From: Vitrella brassicaformis CCMP3155
Lineage: Eukaryota; Protista; Chromerida
DNA: 64,000 nucleotides
NCBI GenBank assembly: GCA_001179505.1
Contig: CDMY01000929.1
Span: 124,001 to 188,000 of the forward strand
Direction of reading: 5' to 3'
Shown here: in pieces, positions 37,397 through 50,334 of the stretch
How the letters are laid out: each line of letters begins with the position of its first letter
Numbering within the stretch: position 1 is the first letter of the stretch
Made by a program: the position numbers and the translations under genes
Notes under the pieces: generated by a model
Seen by the model: only the letters and a program-made list of their open reading frames with translations
What the model was told of the DNA's origin: nothing
Databases searched by the model: none

Positions 37397-38600
37397 CTAG
37401 CTCTTCAGCTGCTCACGGCACTCTGCAGCAAAAGAGCGAAGATGGATACCACTTGACTAGGTATGCTGCCTTGCTACCTCCCCACCTGTGCAGAGGTGTA
37501 AGGGTGCCTCGTCGAGGCTATGCACATCGCTGCAGGGGGCCATTCGACAGCTGCCACGACTTGAGCAATGCTGGAAGGTCGACAGCGAGCAATAGACAGT
37601 GAGTGGTATGCGCGTCACGTGTACGTCAGGCAGTCCTTCCTGGGTCTATATGTCTGGCTGGGGCTGACCTGCAGGCCCCACAAGTGGTAGGTCTCATGCA
37701 ACACTACCTGGACACACACAGCTAAAGGCGATAAGCAATGGCCAGATCAGTGCCTGCTCTTCTCTCCCCTTCCGTACCTTGAGCAGCCGTTCCCCGAGCC
37801 TCCTCGCCTGCTGACCTTCGCTGCCGCTCGGAGCCTCCGTGTTGTCTGCTTCGGCCACACTCTCAGGCCCTTCTTCCTTTAACAACCCCTTGTCGACACG
37901 GCGGCGCTGTGCAGGTGGCGCGTCACAGATCCCAAGGGCCTCATCTGCTTTGCGCTTCTTCACATCTTGCAGGGCAACAGCATCGCTCTTGCTGCCGGGT
38001 GGCGGACTGTCAGACAGACGCGCCAGCGACACAATGGCCACACGCGCAGCAGGGTCGGCCTGCCTGACGACACAGACACATAGACTGTAAACGTATGTAT
38101 GCCGTCGCACCTTCTCGTCTGTCTGTCTGTGTGTACTGCACTCACTGCCCTCACCCGAAAGCAAAGGTCCACTCCTCGTGAGGCGACAAGTCTCTCGACG
38201 TGATGCCAATAACGGCCGCCACGCCTTTCTCCCCACTCAGCCCCTCTACACATTGCACAAGAGGCTTCAGCTGCATCAGTAGACATTCGGTGGGCAGCGC
38301 ACGAGGCTGACTCGTCGCCTTACAGTCCTCCTTGGTCGCCTCCTTGTGCCCGTCCTGCTCTGATGGGTCTTGCTTGCCGTTTTGACCCATCGACTGAGCA
38401 GGTTCCTCGGCACGCAGCAGTAGTCGGACTGGCGACAATGTGTGACGCTCCAGCTCATCTGCACACGGACAGACACAGCAGACGACAGACAAATCCATTG
38501 ATGAGTGCAAGATCTCGTCACCTGCGAGGTTTGAGAGCACATTGGGATCAACAACAATATCCATAGGAACGAGATAAAGCACCCCACGCTCTACCGTCAT
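37397..38600 (-). CDS. Archaemetzincin-like zinc metalloprotease (peptidase M54), 272 aa, 6 exons
   Basis: Exons are 38600-38522, 38458-38155, 38063-37778, 37707-37669, 37570-37486 and 37422-37397. The peptide reads VIGITSRDL...WTFAFGQA...VAIVSLARL...[52 protein letters not shown], giving HExxHxxGxxH, a Met-turn and a Cys cluster. Confidence 0.88.
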
Positions 38601-38675
38601 CCGGGGAACGTGAACGGTAACGAATTTGAAGCTGCTGCTCGCATTCGCAGAACCCTGAAAACCGCTGCTCCAGAA

Positions 38676-39569
38676 ATGGAAACGACATTACGAAGATGGC
38701 AAACCACGCCGCGCCAACTGCTGATTGCAGCGACCATTGCCATCGCTTCCTTCCCATGCTCCCTCTCGCGAAGCATCTATGGCTCATCGGCAGGCTACAT
38801 TGGGCCTGTCCCCCCTCTCGTCGCTTCCCATGATGCCGCAATGCAGGTGCCGCAGCGGATAGAGATCACAGCAGCTGACTCGTCGCTGATGAATGCTGAC
38901 TTGAGGTACGCATCTGCTGCTGATGGGCTGGCGGCGCCGTCGATGAGTGAAGGGCCGCCCGGCGCCTTGTTCGGTGCGATTGAGGAGACGAAATGGAGAG
39001 GTGAGCCGCCAAAACGACCGTCGCTGAGGAATCCACATGTGTGGCTTGCCTTGTATGTGCGCTCACTTGTGCAGATCTCGACGCCTCATCAGTCCCCCTT
39101 TCCTCCCCGGTGCTTGCCAGGTGAGCACCTACATCACACGAGTATTCGATGAGCCACCCAACCCATGCGCAGCCTTCCTCCCTTCGTGTCGTGTGTTGAC
39201 TGACCTGTAGGAGCAGTATTGTGCTGGCTTCGTCGGTCATCAAGAAGCCATGGCCGCTGGTAGCCATCGCTGTCGCCTACAACCTTGTCTGCATTGGAAT
39301 CCTGCTGGGCAGGCCCGGTCAAATCGACAACGAGGTGATTAATTGTGGACCACAGCGACCTCCACGTGCTTACATGGAAAGCCATCTCTTCTTCTCTCCC
39401 TGTCTGTGGCGTGACTGGTCAGATCCAGTTGACTCCTTCACGCAAGCCAAAGGGCATCTTCGGGTTGGTGCCGCCATCGGAGTGGCGGATAGTGGCGCTG
39501 CTGGTGGGCTGGATAGCCATCAACATCATCGTGGGCGCATGGCCAGATATACCTGACGAAGTGGTCTAG
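38676..39569 (+). CDS. Hypothetical two-TM membrane protein with a bipartite signal plus transit-like N-terminus (candidate plastid protein)
   Basis: Four phase-consistent exons. The N-terminus [20 protein letters not shown] is followed by a Ser/Ala-rich stretch. The TM segments are [21 protein letters not shown] and [20 protein letters not shown]. Confidence 0.55.
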
Positions 39570-39744
39570 ACTAGACATCATGGGATGTGATGATGTGAGC
39601 TATGCTGTGCCGTGCCGGTGTGCGTTGTCTGTGAATGAAGCCAGCCGGCTATCAGACTGATATATGGCCGCCATGGGGAGACTCTTGCGTGGACGTACAA
39701 GGATACATACTTTGATCGAAACTCGACAGAGTCTCATCCATCAG

Positions 39745-41182
39745 TCAGTCACTCATGTGTCTGTCTGACAGCACCAAGTGGAGTAGCTCTGCCACCAGCC
39801 GCACATTCACCGCGTTGCCGATCATCCCAATCTGCTGACGAACAGACAGCGACCCATCAGCAGGAAACGAAAACCATGGAGGAAAACCCATCAAGTTCAG
39901 CATCTCGCGAGGGGAGAAGTAACGCAACACCGACGTCGAAGGGTCCAGATAGTCTCTCAGCTCCTTTCGGGGCCGCCTGCCGTCCACCCAACAGTTCGCT
40001 GATGGCTCAGCATCGACATGTTCGACTGGCTGGCGCGCTTCTCGCGAGCAAACGAGCTGCGGGAGACAGAACTGCCTGTGCAGCTGCTGTGCAGTGGGCT
40101 CAACGAGCAGGCAGCTGCCGGCTCTTTCTGCGTATCTGCCATAGCTCTTGGTGAAGCAGTTGGAATAGATGGACGACGGCACCACCACATCGATGTACGG
40201 CCAGGCCTTCCGCTTCATATCGTCACTGACCAGCAGCTGCCGGTAGAGACCCCTGCACAACACAAAACACACAGCAGGTGCACACGAAGTGTTCACTTTT
40301 CTGCATTCCGCGTCGTCGTCGTGTCATTTTCCTTACATGTTGCTTCCATCCCCACCGAGCGGTGCCATTGGCGGCAGGTCGCGCTGGAGGAACTCAGCCA
40401 GCGGCCGTATCCCCCCACACCAGTGCTCCTCACGCCCAGGAATGAAGCTCAGCGGACCTTGAATGCAGTTACCTCCGCCGGCCGCCTTTCTCGCTGTGAG
40501 GAAGTACCTGGTGCGGAAGTTGGGGATGCCAAAATGCATGGGAGAGAGAAGGAACTCGTGCAGGTGGTAGCCACTCTGTCGCAGCACCAGACATAGCTCA
40601 TCGCGGGCGTCAGACATCTCAAAGCCCTGAACGTTCTCAAGCAGCAGGAAGGACGGCTGGGCGGCTGCTGGGAGGCGGGAGAGCACCCTGATGATGTGGA
40701 ACAGGCTCTGTGCTCGCGCGTCGGTGTGGCCCCTCCGTGTGCCTGGCTGCCGTGTGTATGGCCTGGAAGGAAGAGAAGACGCGTGCGGTCTCACCAGTCA
40801 ACAGAAGGCACATTCATCTTCTATGTTTTCACTCACTGGCAGGGGGGCGACATGAGCCACATGTCAGCATTGAGGCTCTGCATCTCTGCCGCAGTGAACA
40901 GCTCCGCATTGCCTTGGCGGACCTTGGTGTCGGGGAAGTTGTGCGCATATACCTGGTTCACCTCCTGGTTGTTGTCCAATGCAAGGACGACAGCGAACTG
41001 CAGCTCCTGCCTCTGCCGGCTCACCAGATCAAGAGCCGCGTGCCAGCCACCGACTGCAGCAGACACACGCAGACGCCACAGCAAGAATGACAGAGATCTT
41101 TCAAGATCTACTTACTTCCAGAGAAGAGCTCACACACTCGCAGTAGAACTCCACCATCAGAACTCTCTGCGAGCCCTCCCAT
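39745..41182 (-). CDS. TRDMT1: DNMT2/TRDMT1 tRNA(Asp) C38 5-methylcytosine methyltransferase
   Basis: Motif I LRVCELFS..VGG, ALDNN, MSPPCQ (catalytic Cys), LLLENVQGFE, PNFRTRYF, the DNMT2-specific SNCFTKSYGRY, and LRYFSPRE..LMGFP..F...QQIGMIGNAVNV. Confidence 0.92.
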
Positions 41183-41418
41183 CTTGGTCAGCCCGGCCCC
41201 GATACTTCGGTTTCGCGGATTGGCCCCGACGGAGGTGGGAGGTGGGAATGACCATCCGGAGGATGTGAGGAGGCTCGAAGATGGCTCTGTAAGCTGATGA
41301 CGCAAAACAGCGCGAAAGAACACAAAAGATCGGGGATCTCTGACCGTGCGGCTGTGTGTGCCCCCTGTGCGTTCGTTAGATGGTGTTTTGATGGTGGGGT
41401 GGTGATAGTGTGACGACC

Positions 41419-44400
41419 ATGGCAGAGCCTGCCGGGGAGGAGCCCATCCCAGCTCCCCCCGAGAAGTTGGAAGTGGATTTTGCCTATGGATACTCTGGAA
41501 GGTCAGACCTCAACGGATGGATGGACGGATGGATGGATGGATCTCGCCTGGTCTGCTGGGTGTCTGTCTGTGGCGCTTGTCCGTCAGCGTTCGCAACAAT
41601 CTGTATACGGTTTCGAGCAGAGAGGTCCTCTACTGCATCAACGGAGTAGCTGTCGGTCAGCTGCCGGCATGACAATCTGAGAAGGACTGGCTCACGTGGG
41701 ATATTTCTTTTCTGTGTTCTGTTTTGCAGTGCTGGACATCGAGTCCAACAGCCAGCGGTGTTTCAACGTCCACACGGGCCGCATCACGTGCATCGACTAC
41801 AATGCAGCCACCGGATACGTCGCCACGGGTACGCACGTGCATCTTCACACACCGACGCACATTCCTTCTCCCCGGTTGTTGTGTGTCAACAGGTCAAGAT
41901 GCGCCGCTCCCCCCGCTGCCCCCCGGTGTGGCGCACCAGTCGTTCATATCCCTCTGGCGGGTCGGCGGATGCGGCGAGGCGGCGCGGCTCTTCGTCGAGG
42001 ACCCCGTCGTAGAGGCATGCTGCTTCGCACACGACGCATCCACTCTCTATGCCGTCGTGACACCTGACGTATCGACACCAGCAGACAACAGAGTCGGGGT
42101 CCTCTATGCCTGGTACGGTGGGTGGGGGTGCGCCAAACGAGGCTCAGTGACATGTCCCTCGTCATTCCTCTCTTGTTCTTTCTCTCATGTAGGGAGTTGG
42201 AGGGGCTGGACCGCGGCGATCCGCCCCGGTCGGTGCTGTCTGCGGTGGTGTCGGATCGTCCCGTGCTGGGCATCACAGCCCACCCCACCGACGCATCGCA
42301 GGTGGTCGTGTACGGCCACCAGCTGCTGAAGGCCATGCTGTGGAACCGTGACGACGAGGGCGAGCAGCTGGATCAGACCAACGCATCATGGGGTGGCATG
42401 GACCTGTCCAAGCGGGTGGCGGGAGCGGGGGACGGCAAGGGGCCACCCATAGTGACGGAGGCCAAAGCGGGAGAGAGGGGAGGGATCCCGCCCAATGTAA
42501 GCAGAGAGATCAGGAGATGGAGAGAAACCAGCCACTGCCTCTCCTCTGTCTTGTGCGCCTGTGTGTCAGATCATCACGTGTTGTCGATTCTTGTATGACG
42601 AGGAGGTCCGCTCCGCCCTCCAGGGCCGCCCGTCCAAGAAACAGAAGACCACCACCGCAGCTGCGGAGCAGCCAGCACCAGCAGCGGCAGCAGCAGCTGC
42701 TGCGGCGGCCAGTGGGAGTTCGGGTGCCGATGAGGGCAAGGGCAGTACTAGAGTTTCAAGCACGGTTGCTGCGGCCACGTCAGAGGGGACGGTGGTCATT
42801 CTGAGGGACATGATAGCCATGTGTGTCATCGAACTGCCCACCAGAGGTACCCACACACCGAACGAACGAACGAGACACGACAAAGAGAGAGCAAGAGAGA
42901 GAGGGTCATGTACCAATGTCTGTGTCATGGATGTGATGTGTGTGTAGGGCTTGCGTTGTCGTTTGTGCTGCCCGATGACGAGGGCGGCTACGTGTGCGGA
43001 GGAGACGACGGCAAGATCTACTTCCTAGACCCAGACCACAACACAGCTGCCGAACCTGTAAGACCACAAAACATCACGCCTAATTTGTGTCTATACTTGT
43101 GTCTCTTGCTTGCTTGTCCCGGACTGCAGATTGAGTGTACCCTTGACGGCGAGGGGGTGCAGATCCGCACGTGCATATTCCCATCCAGACCATCCATCGT
43201 CATCGGTACAATCAAAACACAACACACACACCTCGGCGCAAGGCGACACATACAGATCCGTTTTTCGGTTGTTGCAGGCACGGTGTCAGGCGATCTGTGT
43301 GTCGTGCACCCATCCTCCAGTAGCGATTTGGCCCTCCCCGGCCCCGCCAGCCACGAGCCATCCGACACGGGCCGTCTGCTGCGGCTGGTGCCGTCACCCG
43401 GCCCCGTGTGTGCCATCGCCGCCCACCCATATCGGAACTCTGAGATCGCTGTGGGCGCACAGAGCATCGTCAAGTGAGTGACCAACAGAAAAGAGACCAT
43501 TCACAACCATGTGTCGTGGCGTTCATGCATGTCCCGTCTGCCGTTTTGGTGCAGGTTCATCGACGTCGAGCACCATGCAGAGCTCCCCCGCCGCCCCTAC
43601 CGTGTCAGCCTCGCCTCGGGCGCATCCAACTCATCTCTCGGATCGGCCACCGGCACACGCACGGGGCCCCCAGCAGCCGCGGCCGCCAGCAGCAGCGGAG
43701 ATGGCGGTGGTCCTCCAGTAGTGGTGACGTGCCTAGCGTATCATCTGACGGGTGTGCTGCTGGCCATCGGCACCAGCAAGGGCGGGCTGCACTTCGTGGC
43801 CACGCCCGACTGTGGGTTCGGAACACCTATCCAAGACTGCAACAGGCAAGACATGGCACACAAACCATCTCCCATATCCTTGCACCGGTCCATTGATCCA
43901 TACGCTGTGTCCGTCCGTCCATGTTGCAGATTGTGTCGTGAGAGGGTGGGATCCTGGTCGATCGGAGACATGGGTTTCACCCCGTCGGGGGAGTTCATCG
44001 CCGCCACGTCCGCCTCATCACCCGAGGCGGCCATCTACCACGTCGTCGTGCAACTCAGAGGCGACATGCCCTACCTGAGGGTAAGAGCGAGATTGAGACA
44101 AAGAGGAAGGAGCCCATTCACGATTTGTGATGTCTTGTGGGGGGTCACGTGTACAGGTTGAGAAGCGTTGCAGTCTGCAGGGCGGCCCGTCGCCCTTCCA
44201 CGAGCTGCAGTTCTCCGAGGACTCGTCCCTACTCATGATCACCGACAAATCCAAAAACGTACCTCAGGATATCACACTGCGTCGCGCAAATAAGTATTCC
44301 ACTCGCTCCTTGTCTTTGGTGTGTGGGTGCTGCATTCATCAATCAGATAATGTGGTGGCGTGTACCCGAGGGCGCCCGGCTGGACACGATGCAGGGGGAT

Positions 44401-47264
44401 GATTTGGGGGTCATCCAGTCGGCCATCTGGTTCTCCGACTCCCACACATGGAAACCCATCACTGGATTCCTCGGTGGGCATCCTCCCTCGCACCCATTCA
44501 TTCATGTCTGTCTCCTCCCACCCTCCTTGCTGCTGACCATTTGTGTGTGTTCTTACTTTGTGTGTCAGTTGGCGGCATCATGGCTGAGAGCAGCGGTGGT
44601 CAGTATTTGGGGATGGCCAGCAGTGCCATCGTCAGCTGCGAGTCGGCCAGACGACACCAGCTACTCGCCGCGGGAACCACATGTGGCAGGTCAGTGAGCG
44701 AGGGAAGGAGAGGAGAGGAGAGGAGAGGAAGGAGGGAGGGAGGGAAGGTCAAACACGAGCCGGCTGCAAGGGATGTGTTCGTTCGTTGTGGTTGCAGAGT
44801 GCGTTTGTTTCATTTCCCCTGTCCTGCCATGGCGGACTGCCACGAGCACTGGGGGCACGCTGCAGCCATATCATCTGTCAAGTAAGGACAACACACGAGA
44901 ACACCAGACACGGGTGTGCTGCATGTTGATTGACACGTGCGTCAGGTGGACACAGGATGACACACTCATCACCAGTGGCGGCAAGGACAACTGCATCATA
45001 CAAGTCGGTGCACACACAAAGACAGACACCCGTACACACGACACATGCCACCTCTCCTCTCTCTCTGCAGTGGCGCATCATCGACCCCGAAGCCGCCCGC
45101 CCGGCTCCCCCGGCCATCGAAGAGCCCAGCACAGCAGCGGCAGCAGCAGCAGCAGCAGCCCAGCGGTCCCCGCTCGCCCCCTCCAGCAACCAGGCAGAGG
45201 CCGAGTACGAGGAAGCCCTCACTGTTGACGACGACGATCTGGAGGTGCTCAGACTTCGAATGAACGGTGCAGGGGCCAAGCCGGGCGTGCGACCACCACC
45301 CGGGCCCGGCCACGGCCCCCCATTCAGGGGCCCGCCGATGATGATGCCACACATGCGACCGATCTACCCACCACCCGGCATGCAGCCCCCGCAGATGGAG
45401 GAGGGCGGCGTGTACGGCGCGCAGAGGGCCCGAGGAAAGAGATCTGCGAGCCCCTTCATCTCCTGCTGTGCACCAACGACAGGACGACAGCCCACGCCCA
45501 TCGTATCGAGGAAGGCAGGTGCGCCCCAGCAGACGGGCAGCCGCGGCCCCCGCCCACCTGGCTTCACGGGCCCCGGTGTTCCTGGCTTCGTCTACGGGCG
45601 TGTGGAGACAGTGGACTCTGACAGCACCGACAGCCGCATTTCGTTCCCTCTTCCGCAGCCATCACCCTACGCGTCGTTCCGCCCTCCCCCCGGCTCGCCG
45701 GCTCCATTCCAGCTGCACCACTTCGCCAAGCGGCCGCCGCCCCCCTCGCCATTCATCCGGCCCCACGCACCACCTGTCGGCGGCCCGCAGGCTCATGTTG
45801 GGCCGCGGATGAGCGACGGGGGTGTCATGCGGCCCCCAATGCCTCCGTTGGGGTGGACCATGAGCCATGGCGGTCGCCCGATGCTTCCCATGCCCCAGAG
45901 GGAGGAGGGCCCGACACAGCAGCAGCAGCAGCAGCAGCAGCAAGAGACGAGAGAGGGCGAGATGGAGCAGAAGCAGAGGCCACAGACGGAGAGAAAGGGG
46001 CGTTCGGCAACCGATGATGAATCTCGGGAGGTGGCGGCGTTGGTAACGTCTCGCTACCCCGCCCATCGCCCACTGCCCATCCTGCCGTCGAATGGTCCCC
46101 CCGGCCACCCACCGGTGGTCGGCCTGCCGCAGACACTCACACATCGCCCCCCTGGCCCTCCGCCACCCTTCACGCCGCCATACATCCGCCCTCTGCCCTC
46201 TCGCCCACCGCCGGGGCCGCCCATGGGCCCGCCGATCCGCATAGCGCCCCCAGCAGACTTCGAGAAAGAGGACATGGGCCGAGTGGAGAGGCCCCAGCAG
46301 CAGATCGGCCTGTGGAACGACAGACTCCCGCCATCCTCACCGCCCATCGTGTCTCCTCCGCGCGTGCCGCTGACGCCCACTCTCCGGCCAGCAGGAGTGG
46401 TCACGCCGCCCCATCTGCGGGTGGCATACCGATACCACACCAAGCCCCCGGAGTCAGGCCGAGGCAAGACGCTGCTGACCCTCGTCCACCCTCCGAAGCC
46501 ATACAAGAAGACGGGCGAGCCACCATCGCCCCCTGACACACCGATTCCCCCCATGGTGCTCGAGTCCCTGCGTCGATCCGGCGACGCTGCTGCCGATGGG
46601 GCGCGTCTCGGCTGGCTGACGGTGCCGGCTGTGCTGGGTGGAGGGCGTGGAGATGAGAGAGAGGGGTCGGTGCAGTGCGTGGGTGTTCCCTCGCCTCCGC
46701 CGAATTTGGCCGGTCGGGTGCTGCAGCCCCCCCCAGGGCCGAAGGCTTCCTACGTCACACCCAAGTTTGGCTCCCCTGGCAACCAGAGCGCGCAGGTGTC
46801 GCCGCCCAGTGCTATGCCAGAACCCGATAGGTAAAACGACCCTGATTGCACAAGAGAGATGGGTGGCAGTGCCGTTCTCTGTGTTTGTCCGCTTCTCGCT
46901 GTACGTGGGTGTCTGTGTGTGCAGAGTTGAGGCTCCTGCTGGTGCAGCGGAGCCTGTTGTGAAACTTGGCGATGTGTCGCAGCGCCTGACTGGTACGAGC
47001 CAGCAGGTCCCCAGCTCAGCGCCATCACCGCCCTTCCCGCCAGTCCATGGCGGTCCGCCACCACCCCCCCTGCCGCATCGGCCCTTATTGGCTCCGCCTC
47101 CCCTCTATAGACCACGATTCGCATCACCCATTCACCCACCTATGATGCCACCGATCATCCCTCAGCAGCAGGACTTCCTCCCCATGCCGCCCCCGGTGCA
47201 CATGGCGCCACCATACCTGGGGCATCCGATCAACCTCACATTGACACATCCGCCGGTCGGCTAG
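41419..47264 (+). CDS. EML/EMAP-like WD40 (HELP domain) microtubule-associated protein with a very long Pro-rich C-terminal tail
   Basis: The N-terminus has LEVDFAYGYSG..FRNNL...QRCFNVHTGRITCI (HELP-like). The propeller ends VRLFHFPC...HWGHAAAISSVKWTQDDTLITSGGKDNCIIQWRI. A tail of more than 600 aa rich in Pro/Gly/Met follows. Confidence 0.8.
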
Positions 47265-47886
47265 GCAGTGTGGGGTGGGTGGACAGACGGATCTTAGTGA
47301 ATGCATGATACGTTTGATGTTTGTGAATGTCAGGTGGAGGGAGTTGGGAGACGGGTGCAGCCTCCGATGGTCATGATGCCCGTGCCGATGCACCGTCCGG
47401 TGCTGCCGCCGCCGGCGGGAGGTGTGGCGCCGCCGATTTTCGGCGGGGGAGGAGTGGGAATGAGAACGGCTGCGGGTGTGGGTGTGCGGGGAGGGGCTCA
47501 GCAGTCGCGTGGCGGGGGTATGAGTAAGTGTTGCGATGTGCCAAGAGGGCCGAGGTATGTAGACGGGTGCGGACTGTAGCCAAGCTACCTACCTACCTGC
47601 CGATGTATGTGTGAGGGGGGGAGAGAGAGACGCGTGTGCATTTTCATGGACTGAGTGAGATTAGCTGACTAATTCTCATCGATTGGACTGCCTGAAAGAA
47701 TGAATGCGTCCATCCATCCACCCAATCTGTCCCAATCAATCAAGGAAGCCATAGATACACATATCTCTCCAATCTCGCCCGCCCATTGGCAACCAAACCA
47801 CAAACACGCCAGTCGGACCTATACCACCGACGCACACTGTCATGTCTCTCTCTGCCGTCCGTCGCTCAATTCGTTTCCGCCTTCCT

Positions 47887-50334
47887 TCAGCTGCTTGCAT
47901 CAAGATAGGACGGCGCGTCGAAAAGCCTGTCATAGCTGAATTTGTCAGCCTTGCTCTGCACACCCGGGGCCCTTTCAGCGGCTCCCGACACGTCAAAGCC
48001 CTCTGTGGCCGATAGCACTGGCGCGCTCCCTCTCTCTGCGGGGCGGGCATCCTCCCCCAGGGAGATATTCTCTTGCTGGCCGGGGCCGAGGAACTCTCCT
48101 GGCCTGCAAGTGCCTGCTCGGCGAACAAGGGCTGTGTATCGGTCGTCACGTCCTCTGCTGCCCTGTCCTTGTCAACACTCTCTGGTGCCTTTCTGGGATT
48201 CTCGCCGCGCATCGTGGTCGACGGCAGATGCACGCTGCCTGAGAGCTCATGTGTGTCTGATGAGTTGTTGAGAAAGCTCAGGCCGCCGCCGAAATCCGTC
48301 GACGCATTGCTGGAGAGGATGCTGCCGAGGTCATCCACTGTGCCGTGAGCCATGCGGCCCCGCAAAGGAACCGAATCAAGGCCAATTGGGGAGTGGACGG
48401 CAAAGGATGGCTTGATGTCTCGGTGGCTCGTCAAGTGGGGAATGGGCAGCGAGAAATTGGCCGAGTGGATGCCGAATGAGGATGAGAAATTGGAGGAGCA
48501 GTTGCTGTCGAAGAGGGGGTGCGGGTGGTAGGGGTGGTACGCCGGGTGTGTGGCGGTGTGGTGGACGTGGTGCATCTTGAAGGCCGATGGCGGCTGAGGG
48601 ATGAACTCGGGCAGGGAGCCGTTGGTCGGATGCACTCTGGCGCCGTCGAAGCCCTCGCTGGGCCGCAGGTAGGCCCCGAAGTCCCGCTTGGAGATTGCAT
48701 TCTTGCCCTGATGATGATAACAAGATCAAGGGGCCATGTCTTTTGGCTATCTAGCAGGCAGTGTGCTGTGGATGCTCACCCCAGACATGAGGTACTCCCA
48801 GGCGAGCTCTGCGCGGTTGCTTGACTTGTCTTTGTTGTTGTAAACATCGAGCTTCCTGAAGTACTCCATGAACAGCTGCAGCCAGAAACATAAGTATGAG
48901 CTCTGGACACGTGCTGTGAGTGGAGAGTGCTTACGTCCCGTGTCAGCTCTCTGTCAGGGCGGAGGCCGTGAAGCACCTGCACAACCACAATACGCAGAAG
49001 AGTGCGTGCCGTGTGTGTGCATGTGTGTCATGTCACCGACTTTGGGTGCGAGTTTGGTTGTGGGCTCGGGTTCTTTGATGACGCCGTCATAGTCCTTGAG
49101 CTCAGGCGGGGGCTGGTTGAGGATGATGGTCCAGATGAAGGTGTCCATAGGAAGGCTCTCCATGTACTTGGTGAACTTGCTCATCGTGCAGCCTGAATGC
49201 AGAGACATCAAATGCATCCATCTCGTTTGCCCATCCCATTCGTGTGTCCCCCCTGCCGACCGCATATGTGCCCCTGCTCTTGAAAACACATGCCAAACTT
49301 GTCCCGGGTCATCTCGTTGGGCTGTATCCATACAAAGGAGGCAGGCCACCCGTTCCGATGCCTCTGTGTCTCTGCTTGGCTTGCATTGCCCCCATTACTG
49401 ACCGCAATGAAGAGCCCCTGCAGGGCATCGAGGCGAGTGGGGCATTTATCCGACAAGGCCAGCAGCGCCTCAGCAAGGCACTGCACAAAGCCAACCAGAA
49501 AGAGGATGGAGACCCCTCTTTGTTTTGGGACCTATACCTTCTTGTGTACGACGTGGCTTTCCCGTCTTCTGGCTGCGTGGTACAGCAGCTCCCACCGCGG
49601 GCGGCTCTCGAGGGTCACCTTGAGCTCATCCCATGCAGAGGGGTCCCGCTGCCCCTCAATCGACGCTGACTTCTCCGTCACAAACGAGAACGGATTGTCT
49701 CCATCTGCAGACGACAGCCAGAATAGGATATCCGTACAGTTGGCAGGTGCACCGTGCAACGCACATGCTGCCCACCTTTGCTGTTCAGGATGCGTCGGCC
49801 GCCCTTGATTGCGATGAGCTTTGTGAGGTTGCCGGCCTTGATGGGCACGTCGAGCCGCAGCCGCAGCGCCTTTGTCTTCTTGGTGAGTGCTCCAGCTGGG
49901 TCTGCAATAGTGTCGAGGCGGGAGAAGGCTCGCAGGGAGCCCTCAGTGAGTCTCAAGGCAAAGAGGAGAAGGAATACAGGATGCATCGTGGCGGAAAAGG
50001 GATGGCAGAGGATCGGGAGGCGAGGGGAGGAATGGCAGGCTTGGAATGTCCCGCGGCAAGTTGAGCAGCTTTCAGGATCTGCCGCCCCAATCACAACAGA
50101 TGGAGTGGATGAAAGGAAAACGGATGGCGACCGTGACGGACAGACACCCCAGTCTCTGGTGGGGGCCGCCCCCATCCCGTCTGCATGCAATCGCAAGGAC
50201 CGTATTCCAGGCAGTGCTGTACAAGCAGGCAGCTGCTGCTGATCGGCCAGTGCGGAATCCACGCCATTCAGATTCGTGACATCAGCTAATCCCTCAACCT
50301 GTCCCGCCCAGCCGGTGAGGTTCATCCCCTCCAT
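47887..50334 (-). CDS. Hypothetical multi-exon protein with a His/Pro-rich low-complexity C-terminal region
   Basis: Spliced exons include SAWDELKVTLESRPRWELLYH, CLAEALLALSDKCP, MSKFTKYMESLPMDTFIWTIILNQ and LFMEYFRKLDVYNKDKSSNRAELAWEYL. No family was recognised and both ends are approximate. Confidence 0.55.

Noticed and set aside
39587-39660. GTGATGA ... CTGA spacing resembling a box C/D snoRNA
   Set aside because: There is no terminal stem and no recognisable rRNA-complementary guide. Such short motifs are frequent by chance, and the site lies in overlapping 3' regions.
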